A stretch of 64,000 bases of DNA from Candidatus Bathyarchaeota archaeon (GTDB lineage Archaea; Thermoproteota; Bathyarchaeia; 40CM-2-53-6; JALHTG01). The notes under the pieces are model-generated. The model was not told the origin of the DNA and did no database searches. It worked only from the letters and a program-made list of their open reading frames with translations. Below, one piece after another: positions 47,234-55,776 of this stretch. Position 1 is the stretch's first letter; each line of letters begins with the position of its first letter. The stretch lies in contig JALHTG010000019.1 of assembly GCA_022865705.1 (NCBI GenBank), positions 11,920 to 75,919 of the forward strand. Direction: 5' to 3'. A program made the position numbers and the translations under genes.

Positions 47234-48403
47234 TTACTTCATTCCAGAATTCAATGCCTTCTCGATTCTATCCATTGCCCTCTCAATATTCTCTATGGAG
47301 TTCGCGAAAGAAAGTCTGATGTACCCCTCTCCGAATTCTCCGAAGGCGGTTCCCGGCACAGTTGATACTCTGGCGTGATCTAACAGGGCAAGGCTGAAGT
47401 CGTGTGACGAGAGCCCATATCTGTGAATGTTCGGGAATACATAGAAGGCCCCTTCTGGCGGTACGCATGCTAGCTCCGGTATGCGACTTAATCTATCAAG
47501 AACGAGATCTCTCCTTCGTGAGTACTCCTCACGCATTTGGCGGATACAGTCCTGAGGACCTCTGAGAGCTTCGACCCCAGCTTTCTGAGCTATTGAGTTA
47601 GCACAGGTATTGAGAGTCATATTGATCTTGATCATTTGGCTGATTACCTCTGCAGGCCCTCCGACATATCCAAGCCTCCATCCCGTCATTGCGTATGTCT
47701 TGGAGAATGCATTCACAGTCAAGACTCTTTTGTCCATTCCAGAAAGGGCGCCTATGCTTTGATGTTTGATGCTCCCATAAGTGATCTTCTCGTAGACCTC
47801 GTCAGAAATGATCAAGAGATCGTTCCGTTCGGCTATTGCCGCTATTTCCCTCAGTTCTTCATCAGTCAGGACCGATCCGGTTGGATTGTTGGGACTACAA
47901 ATGAGGATGGCCTTCGTCTTCTTGTTGATCTTAGCTCTAATCTCATTTAAGTCTGGTCCGAAGCGATTTCTTTCCAGAAGGGAGTACTGTATCGGAACGC
48001 CTTGTGCTATCTTAATGCACCCCACATAGTTGGGCCATCCTGGGTCTGGTATGAGAACCTCATCGCCAGGATTAACAGTTGCCATGAGAGATAGGGTAAG
48101 GCCGTTAACTGCGCCTGAAGTAACCATGATTTGTGTCTTTGGGTCGAATTCCAGATCATTCTCTCTGCGAAACTTCCGAGAAATCTGTTCCCTCAGCTCA
48201 AACACTCCTGCCGTTGATGTGTAGTGAGTTTCACCTTCACTCAAAGCACGTGCGGCAGCTGCCGTGATGTGGTCTGGGGTGTTGAAATCAGGTTCGCCAA
48301 CCTCGAGTCGAATAACATCGCTCATAGTCTGTGCTTTCTCAAATATCTCTCGAATTCCTGAGGTAGGTATGCCTCTTGTTCGTTCAGCGATCAGAGGTCT
48401 CAT
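47234..48403 (-). CDS. PLP-dependent class I/II (aspartate-type) aminotransferase
   Basis: GEPDF, SPNNPTG, SDEVY, NAFSKTYAMTGWRLG and YIRLSFA. Confidence 0.94.
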   Translation of the reverse strand: MRPLIAERTRGIPTSGIREIFEKAQTMSDVIRLEVGEPDFNTPDHITAAAARALSEGETHYTSTAGVFELREQISRKFRRENDLEFDPKTQIMVTSGAVNGLTLSLMATVNPGDEVLIPDPGWPNYVGCIKIAQGVPIQYSLLERNRFGPDLNEIRAKINKKTKAILICSPNNPTGSVLTDEELREIAAIAERNDLLIISDEVYEKITYGSIKHQSIGALSGMDKRVLTVNAFSKTYAMTGWRLGYVGGPAEVISQMIKINMTLNTCANSIAQKAGVEALRGPQDCIRQMREEYSRRRDLVLDRLSRIPELACVPPEGAFYVFPNIHRYGLSSHDFSLALLDHARVSTVPGTAFGEFGEGYIRLSFANSIENIERAMDRIEKALNSGMK

Positions 48404-48469
48404 CTTCAACCTCACCGTCCACTGCGGCGGACTTGTTTCTTGGGAAGTGTCCTGAAACATCCTAATTGA

Positions 48470-49699
48470 TCAATGACATATCTCTCTGACAATCAGTTTG
48501 AATTCTTCATCAGTCAGGACTCTCTTCTTCTGCTCCGAGGTTTCTTTTACTCTTGTGAGTAAAGGTTCCACCTTGTCATCGGGAATATGGAGTCCAAGAT
48601 GTCTTGCTTTGTACGCAATTGAGTCTTTCCCACTTTTCTTTCCCATGACAACTCTTACAGGCCGTTGACCAACCAATTCAGGCTTGAATGGAAACATCTC
48701 AAGGGGCATGTTCAGCTGTTCTAACCTATTCCACCAGCCGGCTACGATACCGGACTCTGTGGTGAACGCGTTGTCGCCCACAACTGGTTTGTTAGGAGGC
48801 ATGTCGATTTCCGACAATCTCTCAACGACCTTGGACAAATCATAAAGTCTCTCCTTCCTTATTCCAGTCTTAACACCATAGAGCATCTCAAGGGCAAGAG
48901 CGATTTCGTCGAGAGAGCCGTTTCCCACTCTCTCGCCAATGGCATTGACAGTGGTGTGAACAATCTCCACTCCTGCTGTAACCGCGGCCAACGTATTTGC
49001 CACAGCCAAACCGAAGTCATTATGACAATGAATTTCTATCGGTTTCTTGATCCGTTCTTTCATTCTTGTGACGAAGTATCTGATTGCTTCAGGCGAACAC
49101 ACACCGAATGTATCCACCATGACTAAGGAATCCATGTGGCCTTCCGAAGCGACGGCGTTAACAAGCTTCCAACATGTTTCAAATGAGGCTCTCGTGGCGT
49201 CTATTGTGAAGAAGGCAACATGTAATCCGTGTTCCGCTGCATAGGAGGTTGCTTCTACGGATAGCTGGATAGCATGTTCCTGAGACCATCCGTACGCATA
49301 TTCCAGTATGTGATCACTTGAGGGGATCTCTGTTATGACCCCATCAACGTCGCATTGACGAGCAAGGTCAATATCTGACTTTGCACATCTGGAGAAAGCG
49401 AAGATCTTCGCAGAAAGGCCCTCATGAGTTATAGCCTTTATCGCGGCCATGTCCTGCTTGGACACGGCGGGCATACCGGCTTCAATTCTATCCACACCCG
49501 CCTCGTCTAGGGCTCTTGCTATCTCCAGCTTCTCTTCCTTTCTGAAGATAATACCTGCTTGCTGTTCACCATCTCGAAGCGTAATATCGTGAATCTGGAC
49601 TCTATCTGGCAAGTGGAATCCTTTTCTGACTTCGTCCGCATAGTTGTAGTGACTTACAAACCAATCATCGGCCTTCCATTTTTCCAAATTTCTCACCAT
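48470..49699 (-). CDS. DRE-TIM metallolyase (homocitrate/isopropylmalate/citramalate synthase-like; no regulatory domain)
   Basis: DITLRDGEQQ, IHCHNDFGLAVAN, IGERVGN, ESGI and GKKSG. Confidence 0.88.
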   Translation of the reverse strand: MVRNLEKWKADDWFVSHYNYADEVRKGFHLPDRVQIHDITLRDGEQQAGIIFRKEEKLEIARALDEAGVDRIEAGMPAVSKQDMAAIKAITHEGLSAKIFAFSRCAKSDIDLARQCDVDGVITEIPSSDHILEYAYGWSQEHAIQLSVEATSYAAEHGLHVAFFTIDATRASFETCWKLVNAVASEGHMDSLVMVDTFGVCSPEAIRYFVTRMKERIKKPIEIHCHNDFGLAVANTLAAVTAGVEIVHTTVNAIGERVGNGSLDEIALALEMLYGVKTGIRKERLYDLSKVVERLSEIDMPPNKPVVGDNAFTTESGIVAGWWNRLEQLNMPLEMFPFKPELVGQRPVRVVMGKKSGKDSIAYKARHLGLHIPDDKVEPLLTRVKETSEQKKRVLTDEEFKLIVREICH

Positions 49700-49823
49700 G
49701 TTGTGGCAAGGACTAGCGGAATTATGTCTCATGTGAACTTATGATTGTTTTGGTGAGATCCTCGTTTTGACACCATAGCAAATAAGAAACATATTGTGAG
49801 CAGTTTCGGAGAAGCTCTCGAAC

Positions 49824-49831
49824 GCGCGCGC
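49824..49831. repeat. GCGCGCGC junction octamer (copy 5)
   Basis: Intergenic, at the right edge of the catabolic module. Confidence 0.65.
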
Positions 49832-49944
49832 TGGTCCTGAACTGTGAAAGACCAGCAGAAGTGTAAATCAACAATGCGCCAGACGTCATGGAGTAACAGA
49901 CTGGTTCACAACTCATAAATAGACGTCGTCGTGCAGTTTCCCTC

Positions 49945-50331
49945 ATGTCGCGCTTGCCAAAGATAGTTGCCTATTTCTACGGTAGAGAACACTTTTCAGA
50001 CCTAGCCGAAATGGAGTCACATATTGTTTGTTACTTACAGGAAATAGGCGTGCATTCATATGAAGAACCGGGAGATGTCACTAACGGCTCAATAGTCTTG
50101 TTTGTTTACGAGGATAGGGTTCTCGGTGACGCGGTCATTCGTAGCCTCAGGAAACTATCGGAAGGCGCGGCAAAGATTCAATTTGAACCAAAGCTCGTTA
50201 GGCTATATCCCCGGTATCCGACGTTAGACGAGCTAAGAGACAGCTGGGTTCCAAAGGTTTCACCGCTCAGGACCTCTGAGGAGCTGACGCCTGAACAGTA
50301 CGTCGCCATACTGAAGAGACTAGTTGACTGA
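49945..50331 (+). CDS. Hypothetical protein (possibly EVE/PUA-like fold)
   Basis: 128 aa with protein-like composition. GSIVLFVYEDRVLGDAVI and the terminal LTPEQYVAIL resemble EVE-type domains. Confidence 0.6.
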   Translation: MSRLPKIVAYFYGREHFSDLAEMESHIVCYLQEIGVHSYEEPGDVTNGSIVLFVYEDRVLGDAVIRSLRKLSEGAAKIQFEPKLVRLYPRYPTLDELRDSWVPKVSPLRTSEELTPEQYVAILKRLVD

Positions 50332-50955
50332 CGCGTCGGCCTCAGAATTTCAGATTCTGACTCGATACTCCTCTGAAGAAGACGCTCTTGCATTGGACAC
50401 GGGGCCGCCAGTCTGATTGTTCACAGAAAGGTCTGCCTTAGCAATAGTGAATTGTGCGTTTCCTCCCTTCGAAATCTAATACTCAAGACTTTTTTCGACG
50501 TTTGTTGCATGTTGATAAGCGAGTTCAAGAGCACTCCATGCCTTGGGTTCGTCGACAAAAGCTATGCGGTCGGTTGCGAGGGTGATCTCCGGTGCTTTCA
50601 ATGCTTCTGCTGTCAGAGTACTTGATAGTTTTGCACCCTTTTGGGTATGAGTCCCGCCTGATCCACCATTCCAATCATTCCCTCTGAGCGCGCTAATCTT
50701 ACGCTTCTCGGCGGGATCGCCACTATGAGAGGGAGAGAATCCAACAAGCTTCATCAGGCGAAGTGCGGGCGCTTAACGCTGATTGTGTGTATGATATCGT
50801 GTGTATGTATTGTTGGGTTCCCTACTCTCTACTCTACTACTCAACTACTCTCCAGCTCCTTCTGGCCGGAAACCTACTGGATGTGTTCGGTCGGGATGTG
50901 GATGAAGACCCCGTTCTCAAACTTGATGTCTAGAAACACATTTTTCATCGCCCTA

Positions 50956-50963
50956 GCGCGCGC
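50956..50963. repeat. GCGCGCGC junction octamer (copy 6)
   Basis: Lies in fragment-rich DNA upstream of ahcY. Confidence 0.6.
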
Positions 50964-51274
50964 TCCAACAAATCATCGTCGTTCAGCAAAATTGTGTGTG
51001 TATCAGTTGGTGCGGCCGGCTCAAATTGAACGACGAGAAACGTTCTTGATCGCACGCGATAAGATGACAGAGTCCTGCGCTGAGTCTATGCTCAATCCTC
51101 ATAAGACTACAACTTTGCAATCAGGCGAAACGTATGCATTTCTTTGATGGAGAAGCGCGAGCACCCACTTCTTGAAGGTGATGAGTGCAGTGCTGGATCT
51201 TCTGTTTACATAGGTTCATCTAGGAGATTTCCCATGTCCCGGAGGTCCATCGTTTCGTTCAGGGATGTGGAGAT

Positions 51275-52528
51275 ATGACGTTCAAAGTGAAGGATCTTGG
51301 CCTCGCTGACGCGGGTAAGCTAAAGATTGAGTGGGCAACAACACGCATGCCTGTCCTGGGAAGGCTACGAGAAAGATACGCCAAAGAAAAGCCCCTGAAA
51401 GACATTCGAGTTTCAGGCTGCTTACACATCACCAAAGAGACTGCGGTTCTCGTACAGGCACTAAGCGCAGTAGGTGCCGAAACAGCGTGGTCTGGCTGTA
51501 ATCCCCTTTCTACTCAGGACGATGTTGCGGCTGCATTGGCGAAGGAAGGAGTAAATGTCTACGGCTGGCGCGAGCTGTCAGTTGAAGACTACTACTGGTG
51601 CATCGACCAAACGATCGAATTCAAACCCCATCTTACGTTGGATGACGGCGCTGATCTGACTCTCCGGCTTCACGAGAAAGGCGCAACCTCTCTCAAAGAT
51701 GTGATCGGAGGTACAGAAGAAACCACAACAGGGGTTCACCGTCTGAGAGCTATGCATGAATCGGGAGCGCTTCGATGCCCGATAATCGCAGTGAACGACG
51801 CTGAAACAAAATGGGATTTTGACAATGTTTGGGGAACAGGCCAATCCTCCATTGATGGCATCCTCAGAGCAACCAACATACTCATCGCGGGCAAGATTTT
51901 CGTGGTTGCAGGGTTCGGACACTGCGGACGGGGAGTGGCGATGAGAGCAACCGGCCTAGGCGCCCACACCGTGATTTGTGAAGTTGATCCGTTGAAGGCT
52001 CTCAAAGCGGTCATGGAAGGGTTCAGAGTCATGCCGATGAAGGAAGCCGCCAAGATAGGAGACATATTCATCACAGCAACCGGATGCAAGAATGTCATCA
52101 CCAAAGAACACATGGAACTAATGAAAGATGGAGCAGTCCTATCTAACACGGGTCACTTCAATGTTGAGGTATCGGTCGAAGATCTGGAACGAATAGCTGT
52201 CAAGAAACGAGAGATCAGGCCAAACAATGTGGAGTACACGCTCCGTGACGGGAGGAGACTTTTCTTGCTGGCAGAAGGCCGACTCGTAAACCTGGCAGCA
52301 GCCGAGGGCCATCCGTCAGAGATAATGGACATGAGCTTCGCGAACCAATTCCTTTCACTGATATACCTGGCCGAGCATGGAAGAGCGATGAAACCGGGCG
52401 TATACAACGTTTCCAAAGAGCAGGATCAAGAAGTCGCAATAATAAAGCTAGAGACAATAGGAACCAAAATCGACACACTGACACCTGAACAAGAAAAGTA
52501 CTTGACATCCTTCAAAGAAGGCACCTGA
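51275..52528 (+). CDS. ahcY: Adenosylhomocysteinase
   Basis: GCLHITKET, CNPLSTQDD, DDGADL, EETTTG and GRLVNLAAAEGHPSEIMDMSF. Confidence 0.97.
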   Translation: MTFKVKDLGLADAGKLKIEWATTRMPVLGRLRERYAKEKPLKDIRVSGCLHITKETAVLVQALSAVGAETAWSGCNPLSTQDDVAAALAKEGVNVYGWRELSVEDYYWCIDQTIEFKPHLTLDDGADLTLRLHEKGATSLKDVIGGTEETTTGVHRLRAMHESGALRCPIIAVNDAETKWDFDNVWGTGQSSIDGILRATNILIAGKIFVVAGFGHCGRGVAMRATGLGAHTVICEVDPLKALKAVMEGFRVMPMKEAAKIGDIFITATGCKNVITKEHMELMKDGAVLSNTGHFNVEVSVEDLERIAVKKREIRPNNVEYTLRDGRRLFLLAEGRLVNLAAAEGHPSEIMDMSFANQFLSLIYLAEHGRAMKPGVYNVSKEQDQEVAIIKLETIGTKIDTLTPEQEKYLTSFKEGT

Positions 52529-52874
52529 CCTCAAGAACCTATTCGAGTCTCAGTCAACCCACAGGCAAAAACTGGTAGACGTCACGGCCAAAGCTACACA
52601 TTACTCTATGAATCACTCCGCTCATCATCAAGTGAACACCACGCCAAAGAACAAACGCATCTAATAAGCCGCATCTCCTATACTCTCTCAAGAGAATCCG
52701 CGTAGTTCGGTGCCTGGATTGTCCCTTTGGAGAGGAATAGAATTCATTGCCAGAGGGGACAAGGAAACCCTTCGCTCCTACAATGACCTACTCAACTATG
52801 TCTTCAAACAAATAGACAGCCTGAAACGATTGGTCGCATACGTCGCAGATGAAGACTGGGATCTAGCATCGAAA

Positions 52875-52882
52875 GCGCGCGC
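52875..52882. repeat. GCGCGCGC junction octamer (copy 7)
   Basis: Inside the short, probably truncated ORF 52710..52946, downstream of ahcY. Confidence 0.6.
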
Positions 52883-53177
52883 ATGGGTAGCTTCCACCGA
52901 ACCGAAGATGAGCTATGTCTCGTTGAATGTTGGCAAAGGCCCATGAGCAGAAGCCTTGAGGACAGGTTCCTTTTTCCGATAGGAATGTGTCGTCCTCCTT
53001 GAATCTCGGACACATCGGTTCGATATATTTTGAAATCTTCGGGAGCGATGATTCAAAGACATCTTTCGTTGAAGCTTCTTCGCGGCAATTATCCCCACAT
53101 CATACTGCTCCTTCGATTAGGTGTACGTAGGATGCTATTGAACGAGGAAGAACGTGCCAAACCGATCGATGACCAAA

Positions 53178-53894
53178 TCAATGATGGACACGTTCTCTCG
53201 TAGAGGTATTGTCCAAGAGTTTCCTGATCTTCTTGAAAACTCTGAGCCACTCGTTCCAGGTGAGCCTCCCCGTCTGCGTGTTTTGTCCACTCGGGTGATA
53301 GGATGCTACAAGCAATGGCTTTTCTTCGGTTGGTCTAAAGGTCAAGCCGTGCCCAAATTCCGGTCGACCCTTTCTCTTAATGTCCAGATGTCGAAGGTAG
53401 CTGTCGAAAGCTATCCTTCCTAGCGTGAGTACAACGGTGACTTCTTTGAGTAGCATGAGCTCCTTTGCCAAGTACTCTGAACAGTTCAGAATTTCTTGTT
53501 TGGCCGGTTTGTTTTTTGGCGGGGCGCAACGTACTACGGCTGTTATATAGGTTGATGCAAGTTCCAATCCGTCATCTCTGCTTATACTGTGAGGTTGATT
53601 CGCGAACCCATTCTCATAAAGAGCTCTGATAAGCCAATCACCTGAAGAATCACCTGTAAACATCCTTCCCGTTCTGTTCCCACCATGTGCCGCTGGGGCC
53701 AATCCTACTATCAAGAGCTGAGCATTGGGATCTCCAAACCCTGGCAATGGCTTTCCCCAATATGTCCAAGTCTCAAACCTACGAGTCTTGACAGATGCCA
53801 CGGCAGAGATGTAACGTTTGAGTCTTGGGCATCTTTTGCAGGAGACAACTCTTTCTTGGAGAGCTTCAAGAGCGCTTTCCGCGCGGGTTTCCAT
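53178..53894 (-). CDS. udgB: Uracil-DNA glycosylase, family 5 (UdgB)
   Basis: CKRCPRL Fe-S ligands, GLAPAAHGGNRTGRMFTGD, RCAPPKNKP and SYHPSGQNTQTG. Confidence 0.93.
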   Translation of the reverse strand: METRAESALEALQERVVSCKRCPRLKRYISAVASVKTRRFETWTYWGKPLPGFGDPNAQLLIVGLAPAAHGGNRTGRMFTGDSSGDWLIRALYENGFANQPHSISRDDGLELASTYITAVVRCAPPKNKPAKQEILNCSEYLAKELMLLKEVTVVLTLGRIAFDSYLRHLDIKRKGRPEFGHGLTFRPTEEKPLLVASYHPSGQNTQTGRLTWNEWLRVFKKIRKLLDNTSTRERVHH

Positions 53895-54047
53895 GCAAAC
53901 CAACGGTTATCCTGCTCTGCCACATAATCGAGACACTGGCGCTAGATAACTTGCTTTCATCTCATATCTGATTGTGCTAGATTATGTACAATTTAAATGC
54001 GGCCGAAATAGCTCTGATGATCTGAGAGATCGAATACAGGTGATCGT

Positions 54048-54611
54048 ATGACAAGAATCCCTGGCAAAACCTCTGATTCCCCATTCCCGTTACCCGTTAT
54101 GTTGATTTCATGTGCAGATAAGAAAGGAAGTAAGAACCTGATCACTTTGGCTTGGGTTTCGAAGGTCTGTGCCGAACCACCTATGATTGCAATCGCGGTT
54201 CGCTCAAATAGACACTCATATCAAATGATCAAAGAGACAGGGGAGTTTGTCGTGAATGTTCCCACAGAAGCCATCATACGTGAAGTAGATTTCTGTGGTA
54301 ACAAATCAGGAAAGGACATAGACAAGTTCAAGGAAACAGGACTGACGCCGGAACCAGCTTCAACAGTGAAGGCGCCTATCGTCAAAGAGTGCCCCGCTAA
54401 CTTCGAATGCAGAGTGCGACAGTCGGTTCGACTTGGTTCTCACGACCTCTTCGTCGGAGAAGTTGTCGCTGTGACGTTCGATGACTCGATCCTCGATGCG
54501 CAAGGCAAGATAGACTACACCAAAGCAAAACCGGTAGCCTACGCTTCACCAGGATATTGGAGCTTGGCCAAGCAGATAGGAACATACGGATATTCAGTCA
54601 AAGGCAGTTAG
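54048..54611 (+). CDS. Flavin reductase (DIM6/NTAB) family protein
   Basis: PLPVMLIS, TGEFVVNVP, APIVKECPANFECRV and GSHDLFVGEV. Confidence 0.92.
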   Translation: MTRIPGKTSDSPFPLPVMLISCADKKGSKNLITLAWVSKVCAEPPMIAIAVRSNRHSYQMIKETGEFVVNVPTEAIIREVDFCGNKSGKDIDKFKETGLTPEPASTVKAPIVKECPANFECRVRQSVRLGSHDLFVGEVVAVTFDDSILDAQGKIDYTKAKPVAYASPGYWSLAKQIGTYGYSVKGS

Positions 54612-54801
54612 GAACCGCAGATCATCATTTTTCGAATCAAAGAAATCGTGATCTAACAAGTCAGGTTCCACTTTCCAAAGCACGCTAAGAGTTGGCTTCA
54701 ATCTCTGACATTGACTGTCAACTAATCGTATGGATGATTCCTTCACGTGCCTTTTATCCACGTGACATGCTTCGGTCAGCGAATTCAAAGGAGGTGAGTG
54801 C

Positions 54802-54954
54802 ATGTCAGCAAGGCTCGGAGGAGGTTCACCAGTCATAGGCCTGATCTTAGGTGTGGGAGGACTCCTTGTGACGATCGCATCCTTTTACCTAATAATGAAG
54901 ATGGCTGGACTGGTCGATGCGCTAAGTCAGAAGATCAAGGAAATGAAACTCTAG
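54802..54954 (+). CDS. Small membrane protein, 50 aa (MSARLGGGSPVIGLILGVGGLLVTIASFYLIMKMAGLVDALSQKIKEMKL)
   Basis: Perfect GGAGGTGA SD at 54790-54797, ATG 54802, TAG 54952-54954. One TM helix and an amphipathic basic tail; CTTTTAT box near 54751. Confidence 0.72.
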   Translation: MSARLGGGSPVIGLILGVGGLLVTIASFYLIMKMAGLVDALSQKIKEMKL

Positions 54955-55042
54955 CTGAGTTCATTTCCTCCTTTTGTTGAATCATGTTCTTCCGTCATAG
55001 AAACGTGATCTCAGTACTTTTGTCGTACAGGAAATCGCGAGG

Positions 55043-55330
55043 CTAGTCTTTGATCGCTTCGAGGATACTTGCAACGTTCCATAGCTTGACCCTGGTGTAT
55101 GCAGGCATGTTCGGATCTTGAGATATCTCATCCAAGATTGCTATGGCGTTTGATGCCTTCACGCCTAAGCTATGTTCTGCTGTCTGCAAGGCGTCTGCGG
55201 CATCTTTGGCGGCTCGTCGAATGTTTCTAGGAGTCGTATTGTCCTGAGCCACTTCATTCAGGACTGTTGAGGCTTGATTAATGCGTGACTGGTAGTCTTC
55301 CTTTCGTTTTGAAACCTTCTGCGTCGGCAA
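55043..55330 (-). CDS. UPF0147 family protein
   Basis: DNTTPRNIRRAA...LDEISQDPNMPAYTRVKLWNVASILE. Confidence 0.9.
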   Translation of the reverse strand: MPTQKVSKRKEDYQSRINQASTVLNEVAQDNTTPRNIRRAAKDAADALQTAEHSLGVKASNAIAILDEISQDPNMPAYTRVKLWNVASILEAIKD

Positions 55331-55410
55331 GCTTTCACCCCATCATTAATAAAGGGACTAGACATGAATCTATGGAACTGACTAAAATTCTTTCCTCGGA
55401 GTCAGATCAG

Positions 55411-55761
55411 ATGAGGGATGATACGCACCATCTGGATAAGGCGGTCGAGCTACTCAGATCAGGGGCCACCATGCTCGGTCAGGCCTGTCCGGCATGTGGC
55501 ACGCCATTGTTCAAAATCGGCGAGCAAGTTATGTGCGCCAAATGTAACAGACCAGTAGTCATTCTGAAAGCAACAGAGGACGAGAGCAAGGTCTTTAGAG
55601 GGCAGACTCTAGCGACCACTGAACATACTTTACTCGTAAAGATAGACGAAGCGCAATCTGCGATCGAGAAAGAACAGGATCCCACGAAGATAGCGCAACT
55701 CACTCAGAGTCTCTCAAATCTATTGAGTGCACTTGAGAGATTGAAGAAAGTGGATCGGTGA
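55411..55761 (+). CDS. UPF0148 / Sjogren autoantigen p27-like Zn-ribbon protein
   Basis: ELLRSGATMLGQACPACGTPLF...CAKC; divergent from the UPF0147 gene. Confidence 0.88.
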   Translation: MRDDTHHLDKAVELLRSGATMLGQACPACGTPLFKIGEQVMCAKCNRPVVILKATEDESKVFRGQTLATTEHTLLVKIDEAQSAIEKEQDPTKIAQLTQSLSNLLSALERLKKVDR

Positions 55762-55776
55762 TCCGCATAGGACCAT

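Noticed and set aside
50821-50852. CTACT-rich low-complexity tract
   Set aside because: Short and irregular; no tandem unit is conserved enough to call.
51150-51274. SAH/SAM riboswitch or C/D-box sRNA upstream of ahcY (GTGATGA at 51178; another at 38266)
   Set aside because: No riboswitch consensus and no suitably spaced downstream CTGA D box.
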